64,000 nucleotides of DNA from Rhizobium sp. Q54 (GTDB lineage: Bacteria > Pseudomonadota > Alphaproteobacteria > UBA2966 > CAIVPW01). The notes beneath the pieces are model-generated. The model saw nothing but the letters and a program-made list of their open reading frames with translations, did not search any database and was not told where the DNA came from. The stretch's first letter is position 1. Every line of letters begins with the position of its first letter. The translations under genes and the position numbers were made by a program. Shown in pieces: positions 61,981 through 64,000 of the stretch. Location of the stretch: the NCBI GenBank assembly GCA_945947575.1, contig CAMEYM010000018.1, positions 4,046 through 68,045 of the forward strand, read 5' to 3'.

Positions 61981-63653
61981 GGCTGCTTCTTCAACAGGGC
62001 CGTTCCCTCGCGGAACCGGTTGGTGATGGGATAGCGGCGGTCGCGTCCGAAGGCGCGGCGCGTCACACGCACGCCGGGCGCACCCTGGCGGCGCTTGTGC
62101 TCGCCGCCGTAGAGGAGGCCCTCGACCTTGATGACGGTGGCGAGGTCGTGACCGCGCGCGACGACGGTGGCGACGGGCAGCTCGTCCTCGATCAGCGCGC
62201 GCAGGATGTCGTCGAGCACGTCGTAGGGCGGCAGCGAGTCGCTGTCCTTCTGGCCGGGCTTCAACTCCGCCGTCGGCGCCTTGGTCAGCATGTTGTCCGG
62301 GATGACCTGGCCCTTGGGACCGAGCCCGCCCTCGGGCACGTTGGTATTGCGCCAGCGGCACAGGCGGTAGACGTCGGTCTTGTAGACGTCTTTGAGCACG
62401 GAGAATCCACCCGCCATGTCGCCGTAGATGGTCGCATAGCCGACCGCGAGCTCGGACTTGTTGCCGGTGGTGAGCAGCAGCGTGCCGAACTTGTTCGATA
62501 GCGCCATCAAGGCAACCGCCCGCGCGCGCGCCTGGATGTTCTCCTCGGTGACGTCGGCCGGGCGGCCGCCGAAGACGCCCTTCAGCATCTGGTTGAATGC
62601 GTCGACCGCCGGGTGAATCGGAATGGTCGCGAGGTTCGCGCCGAGCAGCGCGGCGCACGCCTCGGCGTCGTTGAAGCTCTCGTCGGACGTGAACGCGGAC
62701 GGCAGCAGAACGCCGTGCACGGCGTCGCCGCCGAGCGCGTCCGCGGCGATGGCGCCGGTGAGGCCGGAGTCGACGCCACCCGAGAAGCCGAGCACGACCC
62801 CCTGGAAGCCGTTCTTGCCGGCGTAGTCGCGCAAGCCGGCGACCAGCGCGTGGTAAAGCGGCGCGGGCTCGCCGGCGTGCGCAGCAACCGCGCCGGGCGC
62901 GCACGTCCAGGCGCCGCCCTGCTTCGTCCACTTCGTCACGACCTGTTCCGGCCGGAAAGCGGCGGCGCGCACGGCGACCTTGCCGTCGGCGTTGAGGACG
63001 AACGAGTCGCCGTCGAAGACGAGCTCGTCCTGGCCGCCGGCCTGGTTGACGTAGAGGAGCGGCAGGCCCGTCTCGTTGACGCGCTTGGTGGCCGCGGCCA
63101 ACCTGTCGGCCTGCTGGCGCGTGTCGAACGGCGAGGCGTTCATGGCGATCAGCAGCTCGGCGCCGGCCGCCTTGAGGGCCGCGGCGACGGGCGGGGTCCA
63201 CATGTCCTCGCACACCAGGAGGCCGAGCTTGGTGCCCTTGAACAGCAGCGGCGCAGGCACGGGGCCCGCCGCGAACACCCGCTTCTCGTCGAACACCGTG
63301 TAGTTGGGCAGGTCGTGCTTGTACTGCAGGGCCGCGATCTTGCCGTCCTGCAGCAGCAGGGCGGCGTTGTAGAGGCGGCCGTCGTCGTCCTTCCACGGCG
63401 CGCCGACCAGCAAGGCGGGGCCACCCACCGTGAGCTGCGCCAGGCGTTCGCTGCGCTCGCGCACCGCCCGCTGGAAGGCCGGCCGCATGACGAGGTCCTC
63501 GGGCGGATAGCCGGCGACGCACAGTTCGGGCGCGACGACGAGGTCGGCGCCCGCCGCCGCGCGCAACGCGGCGCGCAGCAGATCGACGTTGCGGTCGAGA
63601 TCGCCGACCGTCGGATTCAGCTGCGCCAGGACGATGGAGAGTGCGTCGGCCAT
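61977..63653 (-). CDS. nadE: Glutamine-dependent NAD+ synthetase
   Basis: Nitrilase domain E/K/C (PEL, KHDLPNY, CED) plus SGGVDS, TGNKSE, YGD. Confidence 0.96.
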   Translation of the reverse strand: MADALSIVLAQLNPTVGDLDRNVDLLRAALRAAAGADLVVAPELCVAGYPPEDLVMRPAFQRAVRERSERLAQLTVGGPALLVGAPWKDDDGRLYNAALLLQDGKIAALQYKHDLPNYTVFDEKRVFAAGPVPAPLLFKGTKLGLLVCEDMWTPPVAAALKAAGAELLIAMNASPFDTRQQADRLAAATKRVNETGLPLLYVNQAGGQDELVFDGDSFVLNADGKVAVRAAAFRPEQVVTKWTKQGGAWTCAPGAVAAHAGEPAPLYHALVAGLRDYAGKNGFQGVVLGFSGGVDSGLTGAIAADALGGDAVHGVLLPSAFTSDESFNDAEACAALLGANLATIPIHPAVDAFNQMLKGVFGGRPADVTEENIQARARAVALMALSNKFGTLLLTTGNKSELAVGYATIYGDMAGGFSVLKDVYKTDVYRLCRWRNTNVPEGGLGPKGQVIPDNMLTKAPTAELKPGQKDSDSLPPYDVLDDILRALIEDELPVATVVARGHDLATVIKVEGLLYGGEHKRRQGAPGVRVTRRAFGRDRRYPITNRFREGTALLKKQP

Positions 63654-63736
63654 CGCAGTCGAGGTCTAGGTTGCCGGTGTGGAGGATATCCCGCGAGCCA
63701 AGCGCGCGGGCAACAGGTCGCTTGGGACGGATCGCC

Positions 63737-64000
<264 letters not shown>

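Overview
High-GC alphaproteobacterial (Rhodospirillales-like) chromosomal segment, mostly housekeeping: ctrA-chpT-fliI-fliJ, mnmA + tRNA(CAT), moaA, NAD kinase, sfsA-map-map-radC-rpiA, purB/C/S/Q/L-bolA-grxD, rpsD, nadE-gltX-cysS-cimA, tRNA-Leu(TAA). It also carries an ECF-sigma-linked MacAB-TolC efflux operon and a GldA/F/G-like ABC operon. The most interesting locus is at the left edge (1-~1140, more AT-rich). There a QueC/QatC-like gene, missing from the ORF track and cut off by the window, is translationally coupled to an uncharacterised 187-aa partner. The pair has its own sigma70-like promoter and a palindromic operator, and no qatA-like gene lies upstream, so it is a candidate non-canonical QatBC-like defence/protein-modification module. 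Other notable points: several pseudo-enzymes (three SNase-like proteins, a DUF3089 with Ser->Asp, an HtrA-like protein lacking the triad, a map paralogue with His->Gln), tandem sigma54-driven TorF-like porins, orphan GIY-YIG-like and WYL-like genes, apparent deletion-fusion scars, and several 1-2 nt frameshifts that may be sequencing errors. All family assignments are from motif recognition by eye; no searches were run.
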